This document shows, piece by piece, positions 41,301 to 51,100 of a stretch of DNA of 64,000 nucleotides (positions are counted from its first letter, which is position 1; each line of letters starts with the position of its first letter). The stretch comes from Lingula anatina (Eukaryota > Animalia > Brachiopoda): assembly GCA_051362555.1 (NCBI GenBank), contig CM120640.1, forward strand, positions 47,408,788 through 47,472,787. The letters are read 5' to 3'. A program made the position numbers and the translations under genes. Below the pieces are notes generated by a model that worked only from the letters and a program-made list of their open reading frames with translations, searched no databases and was not told the DNA's origin.

Positions 41301-44300
41301 ATATTTCATAATTTCAACTCTCGTCATTTCAGGACAATTAGCTGTTGCAAATGCAGAAGGAAATTCACAAATCCTGATCTGGAATGGTGCCAGGAACCAG
41401 TTAGATGTGACCTGGACTGGACCCCCTGCAGTGGACCTTCAGCCAATCAGAATTGAGCAAGAATCAGGACCAAACACACTCATTGCAGAAGCAGCAGCAG
41501 GCACTACATTGAAAGAGTCCCATATATACCTGACCTCTCTACTTGGGGATAGTGATTATGTTCCAAGGTATGCAATTTATTTGTCAATTTTGATACATTC
41601 TTATGGTCTCAAAGATAATAACATCACACAATAAGAATAACTGTGTACCTCCTATATCAATTTATTTGTCATTTTTTTGATAATTACATAGTTTACAGTA
41701 CTTTGTGAGGCCTCGTCCTGATTGTATATTAGAAAAGTTTTTGTTCTTTTAAACTGATTAAATAAATTGCCAGCCCATATGTACTAGAAAACATTTAGTT
41801 AACATAAACATTTCAGGAACAATTTTGTGTTTGTTAATTTTACATATGGTCAAACCAGAGCAAACGGCATTGTAAAGCTTAAAAGAATGCGTTTGAAGTA
41901 TTTTGAAAATTTGTGAGCAGGAATGTCACATGCATATAAACAGTGTTGTGATACTCTGCCTTTGTTGTGATCTTGTCTTCAACCCCTTCCTTTAATCCTT
42001 CCTTATTCAGCCCTGTGTTCTTTGGAGAATCCAGGCAGGTCATCCTGTAGTTAGACTGCTTGTACATTTGTGATAGTTTTTTTTTTAGAATAGTTATTAA
42101 TCATCCTAACCTGTGGCATTTTATCCAGATATGTTAATATTTATGATGATTATGTATATGCTTAGAAAGCAATTTTGTTTGCAATTTTTAATTTGTTTAG
42201 CTCCTGCTACTTGGTGCATGAACTATGGAAATGACCCAACACTGTCTTTTCATTGGCGTTTCACATTCTAGTTGACACTAACTTGAAAAGAGGTTACTTA
42301 TATTATTAAGGACCATAAAACTCAGCATTTACAAGACTCTCATGATACTTTTTGATGAGGGTATGAATATGTCACCTTGAACTTTAAAAGGTCAAAAAGG
42401 TCACCTCACCCTTAAATATACAGTAATTTGACCAGAGGAGAAACTGTGACCACTAAATTTGGCAAATATAACTCCTTCATTGTGAACAAGAAACCACGCA
42501 GTATCTAAGGTCTACAAGCACTTGGCAGGAGCTTTTGACCTCTTTGGTCACTACACTTTTCTAGGTATTGCTAGTTTTGTTTATGAAAAGCAAGATAATA
42601 ATGTTTTTTCTGCATTTTTACACGTATATTATGATAATATCACTTTATTTATGAATATATATAGTAGAATAATATAAATCATTCTATTAGCTCATTTTAA
42701 CTAACTTTGTTTTCAGATATTTTGCTGTGATTAAATTTTAGCAAGACTGCATATTGATGTTTCTTTGAGAAATATGAAATTATTAGTAATTAATTTGGAA
42801 TGTGCCATATAGTTTGCTTTAAATGTTGATATATGCATTTCATTATATATGATATATAAACCTTGTCCTGCACAGAATAACCCTCACTACAAGAACAGCA
42901 CTTTTGCATTTGATCCAGTGTTTATATGCACTAGTGTAATGGTTACAATGGTTTTAATATAACTGTTATAGTTTTTGAAAAAAAATGCCCAGCTTTTATC
43001 AAAGTGCATTCTGCAAAAAGAAAGAAAGGGGAAATTTGGACACTACTCGTCAGGTTAATTTTTATATTTAACACTATGGCCTGAAGATACAAGCAGCTTA
43101 ACCATACTTAAAAACCATACTACTTAAAAAAAGTTTTTGCTCTCGTTATTTGATTCTAAATGACTGAATTTATATTGTTTTTTGTTCTGTCCTTCTTACA
43201 GATAGAACACATCAACTTATTTTACTTACAGACAATTCACAGTTTCTTACTTTACTGTACTTTCATGATTATCTGATATAACTGATTTTTGATATGATAC
43301 TAGGACCACAACATTGATATTTGAACCTGGCAGAAGAAGGCTGGAGACAGCAATCACTGTTCTGGAGGATGAACTCCCAGAGGACACCGAAACATTCTAT
43401 GTCTACCTCCAGAATCCCCAAGGCGGGGCAGAGCTGGGACCACACAGGGAGACAGCCATTCATATCCTGGCTAATGATAATGCCTATGGGATCATCGAGT
43501 TTGCTGATGTAAGTTTTTGTGGTTGTGGTGATATTAGATGAAGTTTTATTCTTTTCAGTAGTGATGAATGTGCTCATCAAGTATTAAACCATAAAAATAT
43601 AATTTTAGTCTTTACAGATCAGAAAGTTCCAACTTTTGGAATATAAAAGTTCTGAGAGTTTCCATAATACAATAAAATAAAATTAGAATGGTGTTTCATA
43701 TTCAAAAAGAAAGAATGAATTTTGGGGTGGTACAGTATCTATTACTGCAGACATTCATACTTTGAAAAATCAGTTATGTTTTTGGCAGTAGCCAATGCCT
43801 GTCACATTAAACTAACCCATGCATACATTCCATAATAATAGCTAATAAAAACCTCACTGTACATGTGATTGTGAAGAATTTAAATTTTATTTGCAACTTG
43901 AATATACTGATTTACTTTTAATAGGAAATATCATTTTCTTTACAGGACTCTCTGGTGAAGAGAGTAGAAGAGTTAGATGGCCGAGACAACAGAGTTCAAC
44001 TCAATGTAGTCAGAACCAGGGGGACAGTAGGATCGGTCATTGTGCACTGGACAGCAAGTGGTGACCATAATGGACAAAGTGACATCTCACCACTAGAGGG
44101 CACTGTAAGCACTTTAAGCTATGAACTTAACATACTATCAGATGATACATGAACTTTGAAATAGGATATAATGACTATTATCAGTATATCTAAACTTTCC
44201 ATCCAAAAGAAACAAAATTCATGTCCCTGTATATCTGATATCATTGAATTTTCATGACCTAGTTCAGATGGTTAGTCTGAGTAAATTTTTATTGTGTTAT

Positions 44301-45178
44301 GTGTTTCAGGTTGAGTTCCCCCCAGGCCAGTCTGTGGCTACTATCACACTGACCATCAAACAAGACACTGATCCTGAGAATGATGAGCTGACTTTTATCA
44401 CATTGGACAGAGTAGTGAACTCTGGGTCTGCAATCCCTGGAGAGGGAGCTACTATTGGTTAGTCTTATCAGTTTGAAAGATTACACTTGATAAATTCTTG
44501 CTTCTTGCTTTTTATAGTTCTTACTAGTTGGCAGAGTTTTTGAATTGCAGATTGGAAAACACAGTGAACTGTTTTTAACCTCTATTATAATACTAAATAA
44601 ATTATTATAATTAATAAATTATTGAACATTGTCAGATAGTGTTCCATGAAAATCCAATGAATATTTGTTTAGTGTTCATTTCACACACAGATAGCATATG
44701 AAATTATGTACCTTTCATTATTTCCCAACGTAACTTTTGACTGAACTTTTGAATAAAATATGCTGGCCAGCATGAAAAATTTTCAAATGATTACATGTAC
44801 ATGTATATCACCAAATGTCTTGATTGCTCCAAGCGAGATTATAATTTACAAGAGCACCTGAATTAACAAGGGTACAATTACATCCTTCTGATTATGCAAG
44901 TTCTGAGTGCATATTTAAAACCCTTCTTTTTATATCTGAATCCAACATCCCTCTTTATATGATTGTAGGAACAAAACAAACCTCCCGTCTGACTGTGATA
45001 GCAAATGATTCGCCATATGGTGTGGTGTCATGGCAGAACACTAGTATCACCAGTGTAGAGCCCACAGTGGATACAACTGTGTCTCTCGTTATTATCAGAG
45101 AGCAGGGGGCACAGGAGGCCATACAAGTTGCCTACATGTAAGCTTTATGTATTTCATGTATTTGTGGGATTATTCCCC

Positions 45179-45242
<64 letters not shown>

Positions 45243-48158
45243 CTATGTGTGTAGGTTGATCATCACAAGCTTTCATCTGTGATTATCTCACATAATTTTT
45301 TTTTAATTTTATGTGACTTTTCAGTTCTTATATTTGAGGCAAAAGTGACAGAAGCACAATAATAGACCAGACCTGAAAGTGACTAAGCTTGTCCTATGGA
45401 TTATTTTCCTCTTGTTTGGTGTGAAAAGTTTATGGGCAATAACTTTAATACTTCAAAATTACATTTTGATTAACAGCCAATTTAGTGATTTCACAAACAA
45501 CACAATATTACAAACTCAGTATAACATACCATTTTTTCACATTGTGTTTTAGCACTGAGCGTGACACCTCACTCCCAAGTAGCCAGCAGGCAGTGTCAGG
45601 CAGGGACTACCAGTCAAAACAGGGGTCTGTTACCATGCAGGCAGGGGAGACCAGTGCTGAAGTACAGATCACCATTAAGCCTGTAAGTAATATGGTCTTA
45701 TTTCAAATCGTTTTTGAAATTATAGCATTTTCTGCCTGTGGTATGTGCCTATCAAGCAAGGACAAAGAAAAGAGAGAGCAAGAGAAAGAATTGATTGGCT
45801 CATTTACTTTAAGAAATTAGATTTCATTCAAATGAAAACTTCATCTTGCTTGTGATCTTCTGAATCCGCCCCTACCATTCACATTTCTATTCTTTATTTA
45901 CCATATCTCAGGATGATGACCCAGAGCCAGCCGAGACCTTCCTTGTCAACATCACAGGTGTCCAGCTGATAGGACAGAGTAACCTGCCCATTGGTGCCCA
46001 GCCCAGTATCAAGAGACCAGGGAACATTGTCACTGTTACCATTGCAGAAAATGACAACGCTCGGGGATTTGTCCAGTTTAATGTGACCAAGGTACTTCTG
46101 AAAGAAAGGACTGTTTTAATTTTGATTAAAATTGTTACGTAAAGACTTGATGGGCAGTGTAAGGCACTCAATTTATCTATTTCATCAATACACATTCACA
46201 TTCATTGGTTATCAACATAGAATAGTCATTAGACTTTAATTATTCTTGGGAGAAGAGAAATGGTGACAAAGAACATGCATTTTACAGGTGTCAGTTATGT
46301 AGGTTTTTTTGTTATCCTGGGTTATGATATAGGCAAAAACATTTTATGATTAAAGTCTGCTATTTGTAAATGCAGTGGTCATAAAAATAGAAAAATGTGC
46401 AGTATGTAAGATTGTGGATGACTCCTTGTAATGGCACTTTATTTCATTTGGACCTTGTGAAAATATAAAAGATTGAATGAAGATAATTTGGCATTAATTA
46501 TTGAAAATTAAGTACATCAAATGTACTGTGCATGAAATAACAACTGTTATTGACAGTTGTTTAAAATGTGTTGTTTGAACCAGTTTTAGTACAAATACTA
46601 AAAGGTAGCAAATTCCATACAAATACTAAGGATAATGAGTAAAATAGTATTTCATTTGATAGTAATGTGCAAAATAAATAACTAAACAAATCAGCTATTG
46701 ATATAATTTTTTTTATTACAGAATATTGAAGGGAGACTTGATACATATGAGGAGCCTGGCAAGAGCAATATACTAAGTCTTCCCCTCAGTAGAAGTGTGG
46801 GTTTCTTTGGCACTGTGTCTGTCACATGGCAGGCTGTACCGAGGACAGGTAAGATAACATGATAGAAAAGCATGCAGTCCCTCACTGATATCTCATTTAT
46901 TTTCCATTAGCTAGCCAGCTTTTAGAATGACCCAAGAAAGTGAAATTAAAAATTGGATTGATTTTCTTTGAATTGACTGTAATGAAATGATTGCTATTCA
47001 GAGGGAAAAAAACTTGCATAAGACCAGGTATGCAGTCCGTCTTATCTCACTTTGTACACATGTCTGAATCCGTACAAATCAATTTTCTTCTCTAGACCTA
47101 ATTATGTTAGTTGTCAATTCAAGAGACTGCTTCATTGCTAAATGAAAGAAAGAAATTCTCATGGTTCACTGTCTGTGTTATGCCTTGTTGGGTAAGAATG
47201 ATAGATTATAAGTAGTTTGACTGGTTCGAAAGAAAGAGGATTCAATGTACAAAATTACTTTGCACTAGTCAAAGAGCATTGAACAGGCATCCTGGCATGC
47301 TGCAGTTTAAGAACCTTTTGATTAATGTTCATTCCTTTGATAAATCTGCATTGGTTCAAAATGAATGTAACTTTGATCAGTTGTTTGGATAGAAAGCTTA
47401 AAATGGTGATAACGGCCAGAGATGGAAAACTGGGAAATCTATGAACTTACAAGAGTTGACATTTTAAACTAATTTTTGCCAGCTTAAACAATTACTTCGG
47501 GAAATTTATCCATTTCCTTATTATCAACTGAACAGAACCCTGTTCTCTGGTAAATTAAATCAGGAATAACTCTGAACCATTGGGGATCCCTAGAAACCTT
47601 AGCAACTAATTTGAGACCTCCAAGTTTATCAAATCAGTCAAGTGCCTGACAAATGCAATGGTGCTTTGAAAATAGGACTTTTACAAAAGCCAAATTATCT
47701 CCTGCAAAGACCACATTCAAGCAAACATCCTTTGGTTTTCTTCTTTATATTTGTGCATGTGTATTTCTGTGTGCAGGCATGCATGCATTTGCCTATGTAT
47801 GTTTGCGTGTGCAAGATAATTTCTACTATCATGCTGACCAAGATATAACATGTTTTTTCATGATGCTGTTAATCTTAATGTTTGATTATTGCACTAAAAA
47901 GCCCCCTGTATGCTTGAATAAAAGATGCCTCTATCAGTGTATGTGTCATTTATCAGTGTAGCATGATGTCTTAAGAATGGCATTAATCAAACATTCATTT
48001 TTTATTTACATTTTATTTTTAATTGGATAAAATCTGTTGTTTTAGCAACTACTGATGATTTCACTCCGTCCAGTGGTACAGTCACTTTTGTTGAGGGTCA
48101 GAAGACTGCGTATCTCAACATCTCCATCCTGGATGACCAAATACCAGAAGATGTAGAG
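81..48158 (+). CDS. ADGRV1: ADGRV1/VLGR1/GPR98 ortholog (very large adhesion GPCR), internal 43 exons, partial at both ends
   Basis: GT-AG exons with consistent phases: 81-214, 331-459, 899-1113, 1367-1605, 1763-2020, 2342-2479, 16245-16517, 18680-18883, 19353-19476, 21000-21284, 21774-21946, 22262-22520, 23259-23387, 26741-26859, 27100-27278, 27626-27803, 28110-28259, 29085-29463, 30279-30404, 30689-30874, 31195-31334, 31584-31683, 32995-33174, 33460-33714, 34041-34125, 34315-34459, 34837-34978, 37142-37386, 38208-38392, 38749-39112, 39421-39567, 39849-40019, 40346-40455, 40741-41000, 41333-41567, 43304-43508, 43946-44104, 44310-44457, 44969-45137, 45553-45682, 45912-46091, 46722-46848, 48046-48158 (sum 7872 nt). 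The domain order LamG - Calx-beta array - 7xEAR - Calx-beta is diagnostic of ADGRV1. Two donors (30404, 39567) could shift by a few codons. Confidence 0.95.
899..2479 (+). CDS. ADGRV1: ADGRV1 Calx-beta exons 899-1113, 1367-1605, 1763-2020, 2342-2479
   Basis: Calx-beta motifs: DVEEESNEVFTVKLISVKGGARI, SDNANGLFSF, NDNIPELIENFNVLL, RAQGLRGDVAVEWRTIDGTA. Confidence 0.93.
3284..5740 (+). mobile_element. Non-autonomous Helentron/HINE (DINE-1/pearl-like) rolling-circle element with internal tandem array
   Basis: Perfect 14-bp subterminal inverted repeat ATTGTACCACCAGC (3284-3297) / GCTGGTGGTACAAT (5691-5704). The 5' copy also pairs with an adjacent IR (3303-3315) and is followed by a degenerate GTCC/TCCG tract. 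The 3' end has a GC hairpin GAGGCG-gtat-CGCCTC (5710-5725), then CTAG and TT. CpG-rich relative to the flanks; no transposase ORF. Confidence 0.85.
4258..5535. repeat. Tandem array of ~8.7 copies of a 146-bp monomer inside the HINE
   Basis: The GTGACC marker recurs at 4341, 4487, 4633, 4779, 4925, 5071, 5217, 5363 (146-bp period) and 5507. Inner copies are near-identical; edge copies are more diverged. Confidence 0.97.
5808..5862. repeat. (CA)n microsatellite
   Basis: About 27 perfect CA units. Confidence 0.98.
8273..8319. repeat. (TTTA)n microsatellite
   Basis: About 11 TTTA units. Confidence 0.95.
10181..12904 (-). CDS. Secreted C-type lectin domain protein (perlucin-like architecture, 292 aa), nested antisense in an ADGRV1 intron; coding exons 12904-12277 and 10431-10181
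   Basis: Signal peptide MALLTGLILLTCTIFA is followed by a helical/coiled-coil-like neck and then a CTLD: CPQGFEGFENWVSCYKF...WAKAMEYCSAMGGSLV | EFGHINSWWTSG...FTNWPNGAPMPREESCMYL...QWGSAHCHERKNFICE. Donor CAAG|GTAAGG at 12277 and acceptor TTTCAG at 10432 join in phase 1; stop TAA at 10183-10181. Confidence 0.92.
13237..13310 (-). promoter_or_regulatory. Putative core promoter and short non-coding first exon of the lectin gene
   Basis: Minus strand: TATATAAG (13310-13303), Inr-like TCAGT (13275-13271), donor G|GTAAGC at 13237, and a pyrimidine-rich CAG acceptor at about 12953 upstream of the ATG. The TATA-Inr spacing is slightly long (~35 nt). Confidence 0.45.
16245..27278 (+). CDS. ADGRV1: ADGRV1 Calx-beta exons 16245-16517, 18680-18883, 19353-19476, 21000-21284, 21774-21946, 22262-22520, 23259-23387, 26741-26859, 27100-27278
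   Basis: Repeated acidic Ca-binding motifs DNAIPEDDKYFLVKL, DPYPELDEFFVLKL, DDQIPEGDESVFVRL, DDRIAELNETFTIRL, NDDPHGIVQF. The frame continues across the 13.8-kb intron (phase 0). Confidence 0.93.
27626..28259 (+). CDS. ADGRV1: ADGRV1 exons 27626-27803 and 28110-28259: Cys-rich PAN/apple-like insert within a Calx-beta repeat
   Basis: MCARTCLSTRACLVFQYNSTAAICTWF fits C-x3-C-x5-C-x2-F-x-Y-x6-C, the PAN/apple core pattern. Splice phases fit the flanking exons. Confidence 0.8.
29085..34978 (+). CDS. ADGRV1: ADGRV1 Calx-beta exons 29085-29463, 30279-30404, 30689-30874, 31195-31334, 31584-31683, 32995-33174, 33460-33714, 34041-34125, 34315-34459, 34837-34978
   Basis: Motifs DRLPELDERFLVRL, DDDEAEDDENILIFL, DDEAPEVDEVFIVSL, DDNEAEADEQFEVVL; canonical splice sites and consistent phases. 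Confidence 0.93.
35445..35803 (+). CDS. Candidate alternative terminal exon of ADGRV1 encoding a Ser/Thr-rich mucin-like tail
   Basis: A CTAAT branch-like motif, pyrimidine tract and TAG acceptor end at 35444. A phase-1 join to exon 34837-34978 gives ALITILGSLSLTTPV...TTTT...KILLILL* (119 aa). ALITIL parallels AVITIT at the start of the constitutive next exon (37142). No transcript evidence is available. Confidence 0.55.
37142..38392 (+). CDS. ADGRV1: ADGRV1 Calx-beta exons 37142-37386 and 38208-38392
   Basis: AVITITANDGAGGTVNF...RGPGVFGVVVV; ADNIPELLEAFTVILGPPQGGATLG...ENDSPYG. Confidence 0.93.
37896..38004. repeat. Imperfect inverted repeat (~35-40-bp arms, ~23-nt loop), MITE-like or pre-miRNA-like
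   Basis: Left arm AGATAGATCCCTCATCAACGAGGGTTATGTGACAT versus the reverse complement of the right arm AGATAGACCCCGAGTCAGCGAGGGTTATGTGGCAT. Confidence 0.8.
38582..38787 (+). repeat. Diverged ~102-bp tandem duplication spanning the splice acceptor of exon 38749
   Basis: TAGATTGA..ACCTATTTGAGAACATCCA...TTTCAG.AATAGYAGCATAAGT...TGGGTCAAGT occurs at ~38582 and ~38685. Confidence 0.85.
38749..41567 (+). CDS. ADGRV1: ADGRV1 EAR/EPTP beta-propeller exons 38749-39112, 39421-39567, 39849-40019, 40346-40455, 40741-41000, 41333-41567
   Basis: About seven repeats of Q-x-I-x-T/S-x-GA...F...YLxxAN...SxxYxW, e.g. FTLHQSIPSKGATAVEAFTVGATTYLMIGN...SALYKWENNAFVKQQDITTNG. Confidence 0.92.
39611..40130 (+). repeat. 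~70-bp direct repeat in two consecutive introns (39611-39680 and 40061-40130)
   Basis: ATAAGACATATTTTGGCACTTAAGTCTCCAATCTTYTCCTTGTTGAGGACTT.G.ATAGAGAATTCGAA appears twice, 450 bp apart, with about 4 mismatches. Confidence 0.9.
43304..48158 (+). CDS. ADGRV1: ADGRV1 Calx-beta exons 43304-43508, 43946-44104, 44310-44457, 44969-45137, 45553-45682, 45912-46091, 46722-46848, 48046-48158; gene continues beyond the window
   Basis: EDELPEDTETFYVYLQNPQGGAELG, DTDPENDELTFITL, DDDPEPAETFLVNI, ILDDQIPEDVE. The last exon ends mid-domain at a GTTAGT donor, and I found no further Calx-beta exon up to 64000. Confidence 0.92.
45180..45241. repeat. (GT)n microsatellite
   Basis: About 30 perfect GT units, 43 nt downstream of the donor at 45137. 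Confidence 0.98.
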
Positions 48159-51100
48159 GTTAGTGGAAATACACTGATCCAATCAATGAGTCATTTGTTC
48201 TTTTTATTACCCCCTAAGCCAGTGTGTACTTCCAGATGAATAGTGAGAAGTTTACAATAATTTGAATAAAAAGCTTGATTAGATGTTTTGGCTGCAAGCA
48301 TTGAGACATTTATAGTTCAGCAGAAACCTACACCAATAAGTGTGAATTATAGAGAAACTGATATGGCACAGAGATAGAAAGAGGCTCAGACAAACAAGTA
48401 TAAGTGTAACACAAATCAAACACATGGAAAATGAATTATTGTATCTGAAAGTGGAACATGTATATGGTATAAAATATCTTTGTGGATTTGTATTGGTGAA
48501 AAGGGATGATAAAATGGACATTTCCTCCAAGTCTTAAGAAAATTTTTACAGATACCTTTTTTATGTTAGAGTACCTAATATCTTGTTATAAAGACATTCA
48601 AAAAAAAAAAAAAAAAAACAAAGCAGCAAAAACATTCCCCCCCCCCAAACAAAAAGCCTAGATTTTGCACATTCACTGTAGATTTTAAAATGATCAGACT
48701 TTTAAGTTTACCTAAAAATTCTTTTTGATAAAGCAGATAAAGATTGATCTAGTCAGTTAAAAAAGCACTTGTCAAACAAAGTTGGTCTTAAAGTTGTGTG
48801 TTGTCTAATGATCATACACAGTTAATAATATGAATAGATTACTGGAATTAAAGCTCATTCTGTAAAAGAATGTAAAAGCCAGAAAAAAACACTAAATACT
48901 TACCTTTATGCCTCAGTTCAATAAATTGATAATCTAGGGTAAATGCTCTCTCATTAGTTTTAAGTTTCCTTTCAGTAATGGAGCATATTTGGTTTTAATG
49001 AGCACCAAGGGGACTGTTTCACACTTCATGGGGTTTTTTATTGATTATAACGTATGAAGTGAGCACATAAATGGGCATTGTCCATTCGAGGAAACCCTTA
49101 ATTAATCCCCCTTATGACCTTTTTCTTTATTGTTTATATTTTTCTATGTTATCAGACTGTAAAAAATATATATCTGAGGAATTCAGAAAAGTTTATTGTA
49201 AGTGACCAGGAACTTAGGTTCTTCCCCCAAGATTTTTGTCTTTTCCATCGTTACTTGTATTGATGTAAGATGACTTCCTTAAAAGTTCACTCTGAAAAAA
49301 TAATCTCGGGAAAGGACATACTGACTGTCCATTTTTGTTCAGAGATTAAAATCCATCCCATCTTTATTTATTACATTATATATTACATTTATTTATGAAA
49401 GTGTTTTAATTCAGTTAGTATCAAGTTTTACATGGATACATTATCAGTCACAAGTGTATATATGTAGAGTGTCTGTGACTTACATCATCATATCTTTTAT
49501 GTGGTAATTTTAAAAAAATGGTGGTATTTACTTGGAGGTTTTTGTCAGACTAAAGAAGACCTTTCAAGACGTTTAGTCTACATGTAGCCCAACCAATATA
49601 AGATCGTAAGCTTTCCCTTTCCAGTATTAATTATAGCATCCTATAGAAGAAATGTACTGTTAAGCTCATTAGAGGGTTTGTTTCTAATGAGAAGTCAAAG
49701 AATGTTTTGAGAGTCAGGTGCCAATTCATAAATAACTAGATCAAAAAAACTCATTTGACTGGCAGACACTACAGGAGTGTGACATTTTCATGTACATCTC
49801 GCTGTGAACAAGGTGTTAAGTTATTAATTTTTCCAGGGCATCAAGCTGCTTCCCAGCTTGTCTGTTTAATTGGAATGTTTGCTTCATTTCTGTAAATGTT
49901 GTCTCTTCTTCCTGTGGCTTCATTTGCTCCCAGAGCAGTATCTTTTGATTTTCACCTAAAATAGAGATACACAAATGAACATCCTCTCTTTCAGACAAGA
50001 TTATTTCTGATTCAGCTCAAATCTTTGCTGCCTTACTTGTCATTTTATATCGTGCAGAAAAGGCTTCATTAGGGATGGTTTTAACCAGCATATTTTAAAT
50101 CTAATTTCATAAAGTACAAAGTTGAGTTGAACCAAAAGTAATTCCTCTCTGATTGTGTTGATTGATTAACTCGGGAATTACTAGGATACATAGGGGTGAT
50201 TGTAATCAAGTGAGCACTTCCTGGGGTGAAGAATCATGCTTTGTTATAGGGTATAAGAGACATCTGAAGGTCCACATTAATTTTGAAAGTTATTTTCAAT
50301 AAGCAAGTTACCCAGATTCCTGCTCTGGCAGTGAAAAATATAGTTGGTTTGCTAGCTTTTAGCCCTTCATAAGGCAGCTGGCCTGTGGTTTCCCCAGGGA
50401 GATGGGATCATCTGCATTCAGTCTAAATCAGGTCCAAAAAAACTTCAGGCATATTGCCAACTTATGTAAGCTATACTAAGATGCATGCAGGGTGCAGTAT
50501 ACAAGAACCAACATTTACTATACTTACTTCTTTGTCCTTTTTTTTCACTAAGACTTAATTTCCCAAAATGCTTCCACAGAACTTTTTTATTATTTAGCAA
50601 CTTTCTTTTTCTATTTGGATCCTACATCATTCTGAAAAACACGAACATATTTCCAGATGTCATTCACATTACATAATTTTCTATGTGAACGAGTTTTGTG
50701 CTATTCACACAAGAAAACCTTGTAGGTATATTTGTTCTGTGATGTATTGAGGCTGTCTTTTGGATTTCCTGCTTGTTAATATGAGTAGTTTAAGCATGAA
50801 TGCTGACAGAATTTAATCAATTATCTGCTTAGATTTGAATTTGTGAAGAATTGGTAACAATGTATTCATTGGTATCAGATGCAGTATATTGTTGTAATGG
50901 ATATGTATCATAATCAGAAAGACATGTTTTATGGAGCCTTCTGTTCTGGGGTTTAAGCATTTATCCAGTTATTATTAACGGTGAAAGAAATGACTTTTTT
51001 TTTTGCATTTTCTTACAATTGACAACTTTTTGTCTCTAAGTGTCTAGTTTTGCATGTTTCAGAGGAACATTTATGACAGTGGACCTTTTCTTTTTGCTTT

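Noticed and set aside
41879-42067. Minus-strand ORF as an exon of another nested gene
   Set aside because: Short, no recognisable domain and no convincing partner exons.
42360-42560. GGTCA/TGACC-rich patch as a second HINE
   Set aside because: No subTIR pair, hairpin or array could be delimited; at most a decayed fragment.
888-48158. Calx-beta exons as a Na/Ca exchanger, FRAS1/FREM or bacterial adhesin
   Set aside because: LamG plus seven EAR repeats within the Calx-beta array is specific to ADGRV1. No exchanger TM segments or CSPG repeats were seen, and spliceosomal introns are present.
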